From Bdellovibrio sp. (lineage in GTDB: Bacteria; Bdellovibrionota; Bdellovibrionia; Bdellovibrionales; Bdellovibrionaceae), in the NCBI GenBank assembly GCA_036676395.1, contig JAKFCY010000002.1, positions 1,568,001 through 1,632,000 on the forward strand: DNA of 64,000 nucleotides, written 5' to 3'. Position 1 is the first letter of the stretch. The number at the start of each line of letters is the position of its first letter. Both the position numbers and the translations under genes were made by a program. The notes beneath the pieces are model-generated. The model ran no database searches and was not told the origin of the DNA. It saw nothing but the letters and a program-made list of their open reading frames with translations. Shown piece by piece: positions 38,095-47,781 of the stretch.

Positions 38095-39428
38095 TAGATA
38101 CTTCTTTCCATACAGGCTTTGAGTTTGCGGTATTTTTCAAGTTGCTCTGGGCTTGCTGATTGTAAGAATGTAATTTGCTTTTGATAATTAAGAATATATT
38201 CGTTTAAATTTTTTATTTTCGTTTCATAGATCTTTTTGGTTTCTTCTAGGGCGTCAGCTTTTTTATTAAATGCCGCATAGGCTAAATCCTTTTCAGGGCC
38301 TTCTTTCATATTAAATAATTTCTGATGTACACTGCTCATCTCATTTCGGGTGCGGCGGTATTCATTGTCTACAAAGTCTGCCTGTTTAAATTTTAACGAC
38401 TTTAGATTTTTCTGCGTTTGTTCGATCTGCGCTTTTACCGCTAATACTTCAGCTTCAGCAGCTAAAGGCTGGGCCACATTTTTTGCTGCATTGGCTGAAC
38501 CTGCGGGATTAACCGAAGTACAAACCGGTTTTGCACTTTTTGCTTTTTTTAATTCATTGCCGACAAAATAATCCAAACTATTCATAGATCCGACATTTTC
38601 TGGAAATATATCAACGGCCCTGGCATCTTGATAGCTTTCGTAAAAACTTTTCTTACCCAAACTACTTGCATAAGCTCCGGCAAAAGGACTTGTATCTAAT
38701 TTTGATTTACTGAAGTGCTTTGAATCAACTTGCGAAACTACACAAGTATTTAAATCGGGATCAGTTAATTCGACAAGCTTTCCGCCATAACAGATATTAT
38801 TAGCGATTTGCACCGTCACTCCTGGCGGAAGCAACTTAATCATTTCTTTGAGCTGATCGACACTCATCGTTTTTGAACGCATCGCTGTAACGCCGTGTTG
38901 TTTTTCGTAAGCGCGATCTTCAGCAGTTTTTTCAGCCTCAGGCTTAGGCTCATGCCCCCACATCACCACATTGCCTTTAGTGCTACCGTGATCAGTGACA
39001 TAAAGACTAACAATGTCGCCTGGCTCAGCTTTAGCGGCGATGCTTAAAAAAGCTTTTTTTACATCTTCAACATTTGCAGGCCCGTTAACATCAATATTTT
39101 CATTTTTTTTAAAAGAACTGGCGGCATTAAACGTAAGATCTTTTTTTCCACGCGTAAAATCCTTATCTAAGACGCCGATTTTTCTGGTGTCATTGGTTTT
39201 CGAGTTACCACTGGCAAAAAAAGTATAAATATCTGTTCGATCAACACCGTTATTGATAAAAGCTTTGTGCATTTTAGTCGTTGTTTCGTAATAACGAAAG
39301 TGATTGCTCTCTTGAGCCGCACCACCACTCAGAATAATACCGTAGGTTTTTGAAGGCGAGCTTTGCTGTTGCGCCCACGCTATGTGAAATAAAAATATAA
39401 TAGATGCCAATCCTAGAGCGCTTTTCAT
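38094..39428 (-). CDS. Secreted C13/legumain-like (clan CD) cysteine peptidase with C-terminal coiled coil
   Basis: YGIILSGG..NHFRY, LYVTDHG (His), NICYGG (Cys); signal peptide from ATG 39428. Confidence 0.72.
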   Translation of the reverse strand: MKSALGLASIIFLFHIAWAQQQSSPSKTYGIILSGGAAQESNHFRYYETTTKMHKAFINNGVDRTDIYTFFASGNSKTNDTRKIGVLDKDFTRGKKDLTFNAASSFKKNENIDVNGPANVEDVKKAFLSIAAKAEPGDIVSLYVTDHGSTKGNVVMWGHEPKPEAEKTAEDRAYEKQHGVTAMRSKTMSVDQLKEMIKLLPPGVTVQIANNICYGGKLVELTDPDLNTCVVSQVDSKHFSKSKLDTSPFAGAYASSLGKKSFYESYQDARAVDIFPENVGSMNSLDYFVGNELKKAKSAKPVCTSVNPAGSANAAKNVAQPLAAEAEVLAVKAQIEQTQKNLKSLKFKQADFVDNEYRRTRNEMSSVHQKLFNMKEGPEKDLAYAAFNKKADALEETKKIYETKIKNLNEYILNYQKQITFLQSASPEQLEKYRKLKACMERSI

Positions 39429-39488
39429 TCTGCTAGTATACAACGAAGTCATACAAAACTCGCTAGACCTTGGACTCGAAATACTTAA

Positions 39489-39935
39489 TTAAGTATTAAA
39501 ATGCGCAGCTAATTTTGCGTGACGATGCTCAAAGAATTTTTGAATAACAAACCTAGTGATATTTTTAAACTGTCGCGGTTCAAAAGTCAGCTCGTCGATG
39601 ACCGAAGTCTCGGTCGAACTCACAGCAACGATCTTACGTTCGTGACGCCAGTATTTCATTGAAGCCATATTCGACTCTTCTACAAAACCTTTAAGCGGCA
39701 CTAAACTTGTCAATTGCAGATCTGTATGATCAATCGGAAAAACCCCGAATAACAACACCCAACTGCGAAAATTACTTTTTCTTGGATAGATATCACTCAG
39801 GGTTTTAAAACCCTTCGGTGCAGTTAAGCGCATCAATGGCATCATCTCGCGGGTTAAGCCCTCTAAAGAGGTGATACTACTCCACACTTGTTCTGGCGTG
39901 GCTTTGAGGTGGGCTTCGAATCTTAAATTAATCAT
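39489..39935 (-). CDS. SRPBCC/START-like protein
   Basis: ATPEQVW..EMMPLMRLTAP, WVLLFGVFPID, WRHER, FEHRH. Confidence 0.75.
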   Translation of the reverse strand: MINLRFEAHLKATPEQVWSSITSLEGLTREMMPLMRLTAPKGFKTLSDIYPRKSNFRSWVLLFGVFPIDHTDLQLTSLVPLKGFVEESNMASMKYWRHERKIVAVSSTETSVIDELTFEPRQFKNITRFVIQKFFEHRHAKLAAHFNT

Positions 39936-39996
39936 CTTTAGTAATTATACACGTCAAACCTTGAATCTGCACTCTATTAAGCTTTAAACTAAACCA

Positions 39997-40485
39997 ATGC
40001 ATATTTTGAACATCTACAAAGAGTCTTTAAAAGCCGCTGGTCGCACAAATTACAAAGGCGGAGTCCTTGAGTTAGCCGAAACTTTTGGAGCTAAAAACCT
40101 TGGTTTTCATGTCGAGACTTTAGATCCGAAAAATTTCTCGTGCCCGTATCATTATCATGAACAAGAAGAAGAACTTTTTTTAGTTTTAGAGGGTGAAGCC
40201 ATCGTTCGCAAAAATAATGAATTTCGTAAAGTTAGCGCTGGCGATATTATTTTTTATGAAGTTGGCGAAAGCTCTGCGCACAATATGTATAACTTTACTG
40301 ACAAACCATTTAAATTTTTAGCGATTTCAAACAATAGCGACACAGATGTTTGCTACTACCCTGATTCGAAAAAAAGAAATGAATCAGGCCAAGTTACGCA
40401 AAACGGATCTGTTGTTGATTACTTTCATGATGAAGAAGATCCTGCGAAGTACTGGCCTGAACATGCACTACGTGGTAAAGTTTGA
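39997..40485 (+). CDS. Cupin domain protein
   Basis: PYHYHEQEEELFLVLEG, AGDI, AHNMYN, YYPDS. Confidence 0.9.
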   Translation: MHILNIYKESLKAAGRTNYKGGVLELAETFGAKNLGFHVETLDPKNFSCPYHYHEQEEELFLVLEGEAIVRKNNEFRKVSAGDIIFYEVGESSAHNMYNFTDKPFKFLAISNNSDTDVCYYPDSKKRNESGQVTQNGSVVDYFHDEEDPAKYWPEHALRGKV

Positions 40486-40571
40486 GAAGTTTGTGCTAGT
40501 CAAACTCCATTCCTTGCCTATAACCCCGTCTACCCCACTGTTATACTAAAGCCATCCACATGGAGGGTTAT

Positions 40572-40766
40572 ATGAACGATGCTGTATTCACTGTTTTTAC
40601 TGGCGGCATTGCCGTGTTCTTTGCAGCAAGCCTTGTGTATGTTTGTTTTCTTATCTTTTTACCTGAATGGGTTGGCGTAACTGGTAAAGTCGCCCTTGAT
40701 GCCGAAAAAAGTCATACCAAAGGTTCAGCTGACGAAGAAGCTGGGTTTGGAAAAAATATTAGTTAA
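40572..40766 (+). CDS. Small membrane protein
   Basis: GGAGG SD before ATG 40572; one TM then PEWVGVTGK. Confidence 0.65.
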   Translation: MNDAVFTVFTGGIAVFFAASLVYVCFLIFLPEWVGVTGKVALDAEKSHTKGSADEEAGFGKNIS

Positions 40767-41616
40767 CTAATTTTACCTTGGCGCGAAACTTTGCCGGCGA
40801 TGCTTTTACTGCCTTGGTGAAAAAACGCGTAAAGTAATTCGCATCATCAAAACCTAAGGCATAGCCGACTTCGGCCACACTCAGCTCTGAATACGATAAC
40901 AATCTTTTAGCTTCTAAAATAAAACGCTCTTGAATCACAGCTTTTGGCGATTTCTTTAACGCCCGACTGACCTGCATGGTTAAGGCTTTCGGAGTCATAT
41001 GCATTTTCTTAGCGTAAAATCCCACAAGGTGTTCGGTCTGATAATTTTCATCAACTAACTTTTGAAAACGTTCAATCACGCTTGAAGTATTATGTTGCGC
41101 AACGCTCGTTGAAACGCGAACCAATTGCACTAATAAATTTTGCAGCAGACCTTCTAAGCATGCTTCAAATTGCGGTTTCTGCGCATTAAATTCTTTAAGC
41201 ATCAGTTCACAGACGTCTAAAAAATCACTCCACTGGCTTTCTGCTTTAAACTTGATGGCATCTTCGATGGCTGGCACTTGTTTTAATAAAAATAAGGACT
41301 TAGCAGAAATAGCTGGTAGCGATTCTCGGGTAAATTCGATCACGATGCCTTCAGCGCCTTTAGCAAAAGCCCACGCGTGCACCTGGCTTGGCTTCATAAA
41401 AAAGATCTGGCGTCCGTTAATTTTATGCTTAGTAAAATCAATGTCGTGCCAGCCTTTACCCTTGATCACGAACGTTAACTGGTAGAAATCATGGCGATGC
41501 GGAAAATCAACTTTTGGTTTTAATCTGTCGATGAGTTTTTCGACGCGGATTTCACCAGCTGTGGCTTTTATAACGCCTAACGCTTCGATGGGATGAAGAA
41601 TATTAATTGATTTCAT
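40759..41616 (-). CDS. AraC-family transcriptional regulator
   Basis: FPHRHDFY cupin domain; EAKRLL..SVAEVGYALGFDDANYFTRFF HTH. Confidence 0.93.
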   Translation of the reverse strand: MKSINILHPIEALGVIKATAGEIRVEKLIDRLKPKVDFPHRHDFYQLTFVIKGKGWHDIDFTKHKINGRQIFFMKPSQVHAWAFAKGAEGIVIEFTRESLPAISAKSLFLLKQVPAIEDAIKFKAESQWSDFLDVCELMLKEFNAQKPQFEACLEGLLQNLLVQLVRVSTSVAQHNTSSVIERFQKLVDENYQTEHLVGFYAKKMHMTPKALTMQVSRALKKSPKAVIQERFILEAKRLLSYSELSVAEVGYALGFDDANYFTRFFTKAVKASPAKFRAKVKLVN

Positions 41617-41684
41617 GATGGCACAATCATGCCCGATGCGGCCTTGATTGACCACACTTGTTACTACCCGTTATGATTTTATCT

Positions 41685-41969
41685 ATGGGTGATATTGCTG
41701 AAATCGAAATTGGGATTTGTTCAAGTTGTATGGCTAAATGGGCTGATGCCAAGACTCCCCCTGAATTTGATAAATTCGTCGCTAAAGTAAGAGCCGAGCT
41801 TCAAGCAAAGCGTCCTGATCGGGCTTGGAATATCAAAATGCAATCGTGTTTTCGCTTATGCCCCGAAGAGCGAATTACGATATCTGTAGCTCAGAAAATG
41901 ACGATGACTCGCAATGCTACTGTGGATAGCGTTGTGCAAGAGATTTTAAGTTTTCTAAAACCTGTATAA
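41685..41969 (+). CDS. Small Cys-containing protein, thioredoxin-like [2Fe-2S] ferredoxin-like
   Basis: ICSSC...SCFRLCP pattern. Confidence 0.5.
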   Translation: MGDIAEIEIGICSSCMAKWADAKTPPEFDKFVAKVRAELQAKRPDRAWNIKMQSCFRLCPEERITISVAQKMTMTRNATVDSVVQEILSFLKPV

Positions 41970-42051
41970 ACTGCCGAAATTTCTATTTTTTGCCCAAAAA
42001 ATCAACTCCTTGATAGTTGTTAAACGCTGATTTCACGTCTACATTATACAG

Positions 42052-43053
42052 ATGGCAAAAAAGACTATTTTAAGCGGAAGTACAGTAACTGGTGATTTAA
42101 CTCTTGGTAATTATATCGGAGCCATCAACACCTGGACGCAGTTACAAGATGAATATGACTGTCTTTATTTTTTAGCCGATCTGCATGCGCTTACAGTTCA
42201 TCAAGACCCCGAAGTTTTACGTAATCGCACGTACAGTTTTTTTGCACAGTACGTGGCTTTAGGACTTGATCCGAAAAAAAATATTATCTTTGCCCAGTCA
42301 CAAGTTTCACAACACACAGAGCTTTCATGGATTTTAACTTGTCTGACGCCGATGGGTAATTTAAATCGCATGACTCAGTTTAAAGAAAAAGCTGAAAAAC
42401 ATACGAAAAATATTAACGCCGGGTTATTTACTTACCCCGTCTTAATGGCCGCAGATATTTTAATGTATCAAGCTGATTTTGTTCCGGTAGGTGATGATCA
42501 AAAACAACATTTAGAATTATGCCGTGATCTTGTGACCTTTTTTGAAAATCGTTATGGTAAAGGTATTTTCAAAATGCCAGAGCCAATGATTGGAAAAACT
42601 GGCGCTCGTATTATGTCGCTACAAGACCCGACTAAAAAAATGTCGAAGTCTGATGAAAATGATAAAAACTTTGTTTCTATCATTGATGACGCTAAAAAAA
42701 TTGAAAAGAAAATTAAATCTGCTGCGACTGATTCAGGCACTGAAATTAAATTTGATCCTGAAAATAAAGCCGGCGTTGCAAACTTATTGACGATCTATTC
42801 TGTGTTAAGTGGTAAAACTATCGAGCAATTAGAAAATGATTACGCCGGTAAAATGTATGGTCATTTAAAAGTAGACCTTGCAGATGTTGTTATTCAAAAA
42901 CTAGCTCCGGTTCGCACTAAATATGATGAACTTATGAAAAACAGGGATTACCTGGATCAGTTATTAAAAGAAGGCGCAGAGCGAGCTTCAGAGCGCGCCG
43001 AAGCGACCACTAAAAAAGTCTACGATGCTGTCGGTTTAATTAAGCGCCGATAA
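42052..43053 (+). CDS. trpS: Tryptophan--tRNA ligase
   Basis: TLGNYIGA, ADLHALT, YPVLMAADIL, VPVGDDQKQHLE, KMSKS. Confidence 0.97.
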   Translation: MAKKTILSGSTVTGDLTLGNYIGAINTWTQLQDEYDCLYFLADLHALTVHQDPEVLRNRTYSFFAQYVALGLDPKKNIIFAQSQVSQHTELSWILTCLTPMGNLNRMTQFKEKAEKHTKNINAGLFTYPVLMAADILMYQADFVPVGDDQKQHLELCRDLVTFFENRYGKGIFKMPEPMIGKTGARIMSLQDPTKKMSKSDENDKNFVSIIDDAKKIEKKIKSAATDSGTEIKFDPENKAGVANLLTIYSVLSGKTIEQLENDYAGKMYGHLKVDLADVVIQKLAPVRTKYDELMKNRDYLDQLLKEGAERASERAEATTKKVYDAVGLIKRR

Positions 43054-43057
43054 TATT

Positions 43058-44371
43058 ATGGCTATAAAGATTTCGCGAATTTTGCATGCGGGATATTTAA
43101 TTCAAACAGAGCATACACAAATCTTGATAGACCCCATTTTTGAAAACCCGTTTAGCCGTAATTGTTATGCTTACCCTAATGTTGAATTTGATCTTGCGCA
43201 GATTAAGACCCTAAAGCTAGACGCTATCTTCATTTCGCATCATCATGACGATCACTGTTCATTCGACAGTTTAAAATTATTAAACCGTGATATTGCGATT
43301 TACATGTACTGTGTGCATGCAGAAATGTTTTCGCTTATTCGCGAATTAGGATTTAAAAACGTTTTTTCTATAAAATTAAATGAAATCATCAAAGTAGCAG
43401 ATTTGGAAGTTATCGCCCATAGAGCTTTAGATGCGAATGTTGATTCGCTTTTTCAAATTAAATCGCAAGGTTTAAATATATTAAATGTTGTTGATTCATG
43501 GATAGATGAAGAAACTCTTGTCTTACTTTTAAATGAGCCTGCTTGGGATTTAATAATGTGGCCATTTCAAACCATGCGTGAAGTCGAAGTCTTATCACCT
43601 AACCGCTATAAAACCGAACCACAGACCTTGCCAGAAGAATGGCTTTCGCAATTAGCAAAACTTAAACCTAAAAACTTAATTCCAAGTTCTTGCCAGTTTC
43701 GCATGGAAGATTGGTCTTGGTATAACCAAGCATTTTTTCCGATCAGTTATCAGCAGTTTGATCACGAAATTAAAGCGATTCTACCGGATACCAAAATTGC
43801 CCGTCTTAACCCTGGCAAAACACTTTCATTAAATCAAAATGAAATTGCTGAAGATCAACCCCTTTCGTGGATTAAACCCATTGGCGATCAGAATGTTGAT
43901 TATCATTATAATCTGTCCGTGATTCCACAAAGTACCAGCGAAATCGCAAAACATTTTCCAGCACTCAATACTGTTAATAAAAACAGCGTACGTAATTACT
44001 GCGAAGAAAAGCTTTTACAAAAATTCACCTCTTTGGGGCCAGCAGAAGATTCGTACTTTATTAAAATTAGATTTTGGCAGCTTTCACTTTTTGATCACAC
44101 AGGTCTTGTGAAAAATTATTATTACCAATTAAAAGAAGAAAATATCACCTTATTAACTAAAACACCCGCTGTGATAAATTGGACCACTGAGGTTTCTGAA
44201 AATAAATTATATGCGGCTCTTAAGCTGGGCGAATCTTTAACTTCGATGTATGTGCGAATAAATTGCGACGATGACGACGTTGATATTATCCAAGACCCGC
44301 TTATTCGCTGCTTATTTAGCGAAGGTTTTGCAAAGTATCAAAAAGCTCAGCTTAAACAAATTTTATCTTAG
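43058..44371 (+). CDS. MBL-fold metallo-hydrolase (UlaG-like) with C-terminal extension
   Basis: HAGYLI..ILIDP, ISHHHDDH. Confidence 0.82.
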   Translation: MAIKISRILHAGYLIQTEHTQILIDPIFENPFSRNCYAYPNVEFDLAQIKTLKLDAIFISHHHDDHCSFDSLKLLNRDIAIYMYCVHAEMFSLIRELGFKNVFSIKLNEIIKVADLEVIAHRALDANVDSLFQIKSQGLNILNVVDSWIDEETLVLLLNEPAWDLIMWPFQTMREVEVLSPNRYKTEPQTLPEEWLSQLAKLKPKNLIPSSCQFRMEDWSWYNQAFFPISYQQFDHEIKAILPDTKIARLNPGKTLSLNQNEIAEDQPLSWIKPIGDQNVDYHYNLSVIPQSTSEIAKHFPALNTVNKNSVRNYCEEKLLQKFTSLGPAEDSYFIKIRFWQLSLFDHTGLVKNYYYQLKEENITLLTKTPAVINWTTEVSENKLYAALKLGESLTSMYVRINCDDDDVDIIQDPLIRCLFSEGFAKYQKAQLKQILS

Positions 44372-44574
44372 TAATGTGGTGGCTTTTCGTGGGGACGAAT
44401 TTCGTTATCACCACTTTGAACTGAGTGCACCTGACTTTTAAATAGTGCAAATGCTTTTTCGAGCTGATCGATTTGTTTTTGCTGTCCAATCACAACGGCA
44501 TTCAAATCTTCAATAACTTGATCTTGAAAAGCAATTTTGGTCTCTAAATCTATCAGGCGAAATTCTAATTCCAT
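44368..44574 (-). CDS. slyX: SlyX family protein
   Basis: RLIDLETKIAFQDQVIEDLN..QQKQID..EKPPHY. Confidence 0.92.
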   Translation of the reverse strand: MELEFRLIDLETKIAFQDQVIEDLNAVVIGQQKQIDQLEKAFALFKSQVHSVQSGDNEIRPHEKPPHY

Positions 44575-44592
44575 GGCCGAAATAAACCAATA

Positions 44593-44629
44593 ATGCGGCA
44601 AAAGATCAATCATTAATCTTTTGCCGCAT
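44593..44629. terminator. Inverted repeat, probable terminator of the DUF4142 operon
   Basis: ATGCGGCAAAAGAT...ATCTTTTGCCGCAT, 14-bp perfect stem. Confidence 0.55.
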
Positions 44630-44645
44630 CAAAATTACTGCATTT

Positions 44646-44975
44646 CTAATAACCTTGTGTATCGCTAGGCACTACCGTTCCTGATGCCGGAGGTGCCATC
44701 GCTCTACGGCGTGCCTCTGACATATCGGATTCTGTGCCTCTGCGGGAATCAGTGGCTGGATCCATTGGATTCACCGTGGTGATTTCGCTTGGTGCTGTTT
44801 GTCCGGGAACTGCAGGTGCCGTATTCGTAGTTGTCTGAGTCGGACTGACCACACCGGCTCCGGCGTTAGTTCCAACGCCATTTGCTTGCGGTTGCGACTG
44901 TGCCCCACTGAAAGCGCCGTAGCTTATCGTTAAAAACAAAGTAAGAATTTTAATTTTACGTCTAAGTTGAATCAT
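44646..44975 (-). CDS. Secreted low-complexity (T/P/A-rich) protein
   Basis: GGAGG SD overlapping the DUF4142 stop; signal-like N-terminus. Confidence 0.65.
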   Translation of the reverse strand: MIQLRRKIKILTLFLTISYGAFSGAQSQPQANGVGTNAGAGVVSPTQTTTNTAPAVPGQTAPSEITTVNPMDPATDSRRGTESDMSEARRRAMAPPASGTVVPSDTQGY

Positions 44976-44983
44976 AGTACCTC

Positions 44984-45529
44984 CTACTGAATCACTGATT
45001 TGATTTCTTTAGCGTGTGCGAGATGCACGGTGATCGCATCACGAGTTTTTTCTAAGTGAGCCTTATAGGCCGCATTTTGCGCCCCAGAAATTAACGTGTT
45101 CACAGTGTCTAAAGCTTTTTCGTGCATGCCCACCTGCTGATCCATATACGCACGATCGAAGTCTTCTTTAGCTGTTTTTTTCAAAGTTTTTTCCATATCT
45201 TGGGCTTCGGCTTCTAATGATTTACTCATGTCTGTTTTTTTGAAGTCTAAGTCTTGTTTACGTGCTATTTTTTTTGTGTCTTTTTCATTTTTCTTGTGTT
45301 GATCGACCATCATTTTAGCGTAGTCTTTGACTTGTTTGTTGCTGGCTTTACGTTTGGCTAATTGACCTAAATCAATTTCACCTTCGTTTAGAGTCACCAT
45401 GACCTCTGCACTTTCTCCGTCAGAAAGCGTTGTGGGCATAGCCTTAGCCATGTCTTCAGCTGTAGCATAAGGAATATTGCTTAAAGTGAATAACACGAGT
45501 GTTACCATTGATATTAAAAGTTTTCTCAT
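44984..45529 (-). CDS. DUF4142 domain protein (ferritin-like, exported)
   Basis: NEGEIDLGQLA..VKDYAKMMVDQH, FDRAYMDQQVGMH, HLAHAK. Confidence 0.9.
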   Translation of the reverse strand: MRKLLISMVTLVLFTLSNIPYATAEDMAKAMPTTLSDGESAEVMVTLNEGEIDLGQLAKRKASNKQVKDYAKMMVDQHKKNEKDTKKIARKQDLDFKKTDMSKSLEAEAQDMEKTLKKTAKEDFDRAYMDQQVGMHEKALDTVNTLISGAQNAAYKAHLEKTRDAITVHLAHAKEIKSVIQ

Positions 45530-45594
45530 TTCTAAGTCTCCTTTTTAAGATTGTTTATTTTGCTGCGTGATCCAACAGCGATTAACAATAATAT

Positions 45595-45610
45595 TGCAAG
45601 CGACCCGCCA
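45595..45610 (-). promoter_or_regulatory. Sigma54-like -24/-12 element
   Basis: TGGCGG-GTCGC-TTGCA upstream of the DUF4142 gene. Confidence 0.6.
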
Positions 45611-45687
45611 GAATTGGCGGGGTGATATTCCTCGAAATTGAAAATTTAATTTGGTTTACGACACGTAACGGTGCTAATCTTTTGGCT

Positions 45688-46137
45688 ATGAATACATGGG
45701 TTAGTTTTCTTCCGGCAATCTTAGGTGTGGTCGTTGTTTTACAAGCAGGCCTTAATAAAAAAATCTCTGCAAATTGGGGAATAACTTCAGCCGTTTTATT
45801 AAACGCTATCGTCTTCTTTGTGATTGCGGCTGTATTCTTTGCTGTCGCTTTATGGCGCGGTGATTTGTTCTCAGCGAACATGAAACCCAGTTTAGACCTG
45901 AAAACTTTTTCCCTCTGGTATTTAATTCCAGGCGCTCTAGGTTGTGTTTTAGTTTTTGGTGGCCCGCTGGCGATTATGCGCTGGGGCGCTGTTCACACCT
46001 TTATTTTAATTATTTCAGCACAGTTGTTAGCAAGTCTTATCTGGGATTGGAAAATCGAAGCCCTACCGGTTTCGCCGATGCGTATTGCCGGAATTTCTTT
46101 AGCTTGGATAGGTGCCGTGCTGGTATGCAAGGCCTAA
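45688..46137 (+). CDS. DMT family transporter (YdcZ-like)
   Basis: GVVVVLQAGLN, WYLIPGALG, AQLLASLIWD. Confidence 0.82.
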   Translation: MNTWVSFLPAILGVVVVLQAGLNKKISANWGITSAVLLNAIVFFVIAAVFFAVALWRGDLFSANMKPSLDLKTFSLWYLIPGALGCVLVFGGPLAIMRWGAVHTFILIISAQLLASLIWDWKIEALPVSPMRIAGISLAWIGAVLVCKA

Positions 46138-47033
46138 TCAGCTACTATGCCACGTTACAATCATTGGTTGAAGTGGGCTTAGGAAGTTTTTTACACGCGA
46201 TGCATATTCCTTTCTCAGGGCATGCCTTATCGTTAAACCAAGGATTGATCTTAACTCAAGCTTGTCAAAAAACTGAAAACCGTAAAGAGGCGATCACAGC
46301 AACCAATGGCATTTCAATTATCACAGCCATTCTCAAATCACTTTCGCCAATGGGAAAACGCCTGACGCCGATGCTTGCGATCAGCATGCAGGGGTTTTTA
46401 TTTTCAATCGGTGTGTTTATTTTCGGAAATAATATTCTAGGCATGATTTTAGGTATTAGCCTTTTATCACTCTGGAGTTTTGCGCAACCGCTGCTGTTTG
46501 CTTATTTGTTTTTTGGTGAGAAATTATTTTTTGCTGTTGAAAAGCTTTGGCTAGATACCGCTGAAAAATTATCGCTATCTGCTGAGTATGGTCTAAATAT
46601 CTTAATCGCTTTTGTTGGCTTAAAAATTATCTTAGCATGGATTGTAGCTCTGATTGGCTGGAAGTACCCCACTTGGATTACCGAAAAGTATTTCACTAAA
46701 ATCATGAAGTACAAAGACTTCACGACGAATAAAATTAAAAATAGAAAAACTCAAAGCGCTACTAGCGGCGCTTTTAAAGATTTATTAAACCCCTGGATGA
46801 TCATTTCATTAGTCTTAACGATTGGGTTTATGATTTTAACCGAGAAATCAGATTATTTTCAGATTTTTGTTTATAGTCTGCGAGTCATCGCCATTGCCTA
46901 CGTGGTGTTTTTTATTTTACGGGCTTTTCCGCAAAGCTGGATCAAAAAAGCTCTTAAGTCGTTTCCCACTTTAGCAAAGACTGTGGATCAAGTTTACGAT
47001 CGCGCTCCTGAATCAACTGAGCCGAAACACTAA
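46125..47033 (+). CDS. Integral membrane hypothetical protein
   Basis: EVGLGSFLHAMHIPFSG, LKSLSP.G.RLTPMLAISMQG; multiple TMs; start set at ATG 46125. Confidence 0.7.
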   Translation: MQGLISYYATLQSLVEVGLGSFLHAMHIPFSGHALSLNQGLILTQACQKTENRKEAITATNGISIITAILKSLSPMGKRLTPMLAISMQGFLFSIGVFIFGNNILGMILGISLLSLWSFAQPLLFAYLFFGEKLFFAVEKLWLDTAEKLSLSAEYGLNILIAFVGLKIILAWIVALIGWKYPTWITEKYFTKIMKYKDFTTNKIKNRKTQSATSGAFKDLLNPWMIISLVLTIGFMILTEKSDYFQIFVYSLRVIAIAYVVFFILRAFPQSWIKKALKSFPTLAKTVDQVYDRAPESTEPKH

Positions 47034-47781
47034 CTGCAATCTCATAAGGATGATTTTGTCCGATGGGAAAGCCAATTGGGCAATGAAAGTCTTTAAGCGC
47101 TTCTGCACGAATACCGAATTCTTGTAATTCTTTACGCAGTCTTAACCCTTTAACTTTGCTGCCGATGTTTCCAATAAATGGAGCTTCAGCAAAATGCGTG
47201 TAGAGTTGTTTTAAAATTGGTAAATCCATGGCATGACCTTGAGTCATGATTACAAAAAAAGAATCTTTATTTAGCGTTTCAACCATCGCTGATGGATCTT
47301 CGGCATGAATTTTTTTAAGATTAAAGCTTTCAGGAAGTTTATCTAACCATTCGGTGCGATTATCTATGCAAGTGACCTGACAATTTAAATTAATCAATAA
47401 CCGAATCAAGGCTTGCGAAACATGTCCCGCACCGAAGACCACAATCGGCCAGGTGCTATAACGATGCACTTCAAATAGATATGTGATCTCGCCGCCACAG
47501 CTCATACCGATATCACGCTGTAAGTTCCACGTGATAAGTTCAGGTTCTGATTTATTCTGGTTGATCATTTCTTTACTGTGTAAAATCGCACGCGCTTCAA
47601 CCCGACCACCACCAATAGTACCCCAGTGAAGTCCGTTATCGGTGATAATAGCTTTAGCTCCTGCATCTTGCGGCGCTGAACCGCGCGAACCAATCACTGT
47701 TACGACAACAAAAGACCGTGCCCTATTTTGTAATTCGAAAGCTACATCCCAATATGTTTTCATTAATGCAGCTTCGACCAT
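46954..47781 (-). CDS. xdhC: Xanthine dehydrogenase accessory protein XdhC
   Basis: GSAPQDAGAK, GTIGGG, GMSCGG, FGAGHV, MTQGH, IGS, CPIG. Confidence 0.93.
   Translation of the reverse strand: MVEAALMKTYWDVAFELQNRARSFVVVTVIGSRGSAPQDAGAKAIITDNGLHWGTIGGGRVEARAILHSKEMINQNKSEPELITWNLQRDIGMSCGGEITYLFEVHRYSTWPIVVFGAGHVSQALIRLLINLNCQVTCIDNRTEWLDKLPESFNLKKIHAEDPSAMVETLNKDSFFVIMTQGHAMDLPILKQLYTHFAEAPFIGNIGSKVKGLRLRKELQEFGIRAEALKDFHCPIGFPIGQNHPYEIAVSVSAQLIQERDRKLDPQSLLKWETT

Noticed and set aside
45942..46124. N-terminal extension of the 363-aa membrane ORF
   Set aside because: It overlaps the DMT gene in another frame; ATG 46125 is more plausible.
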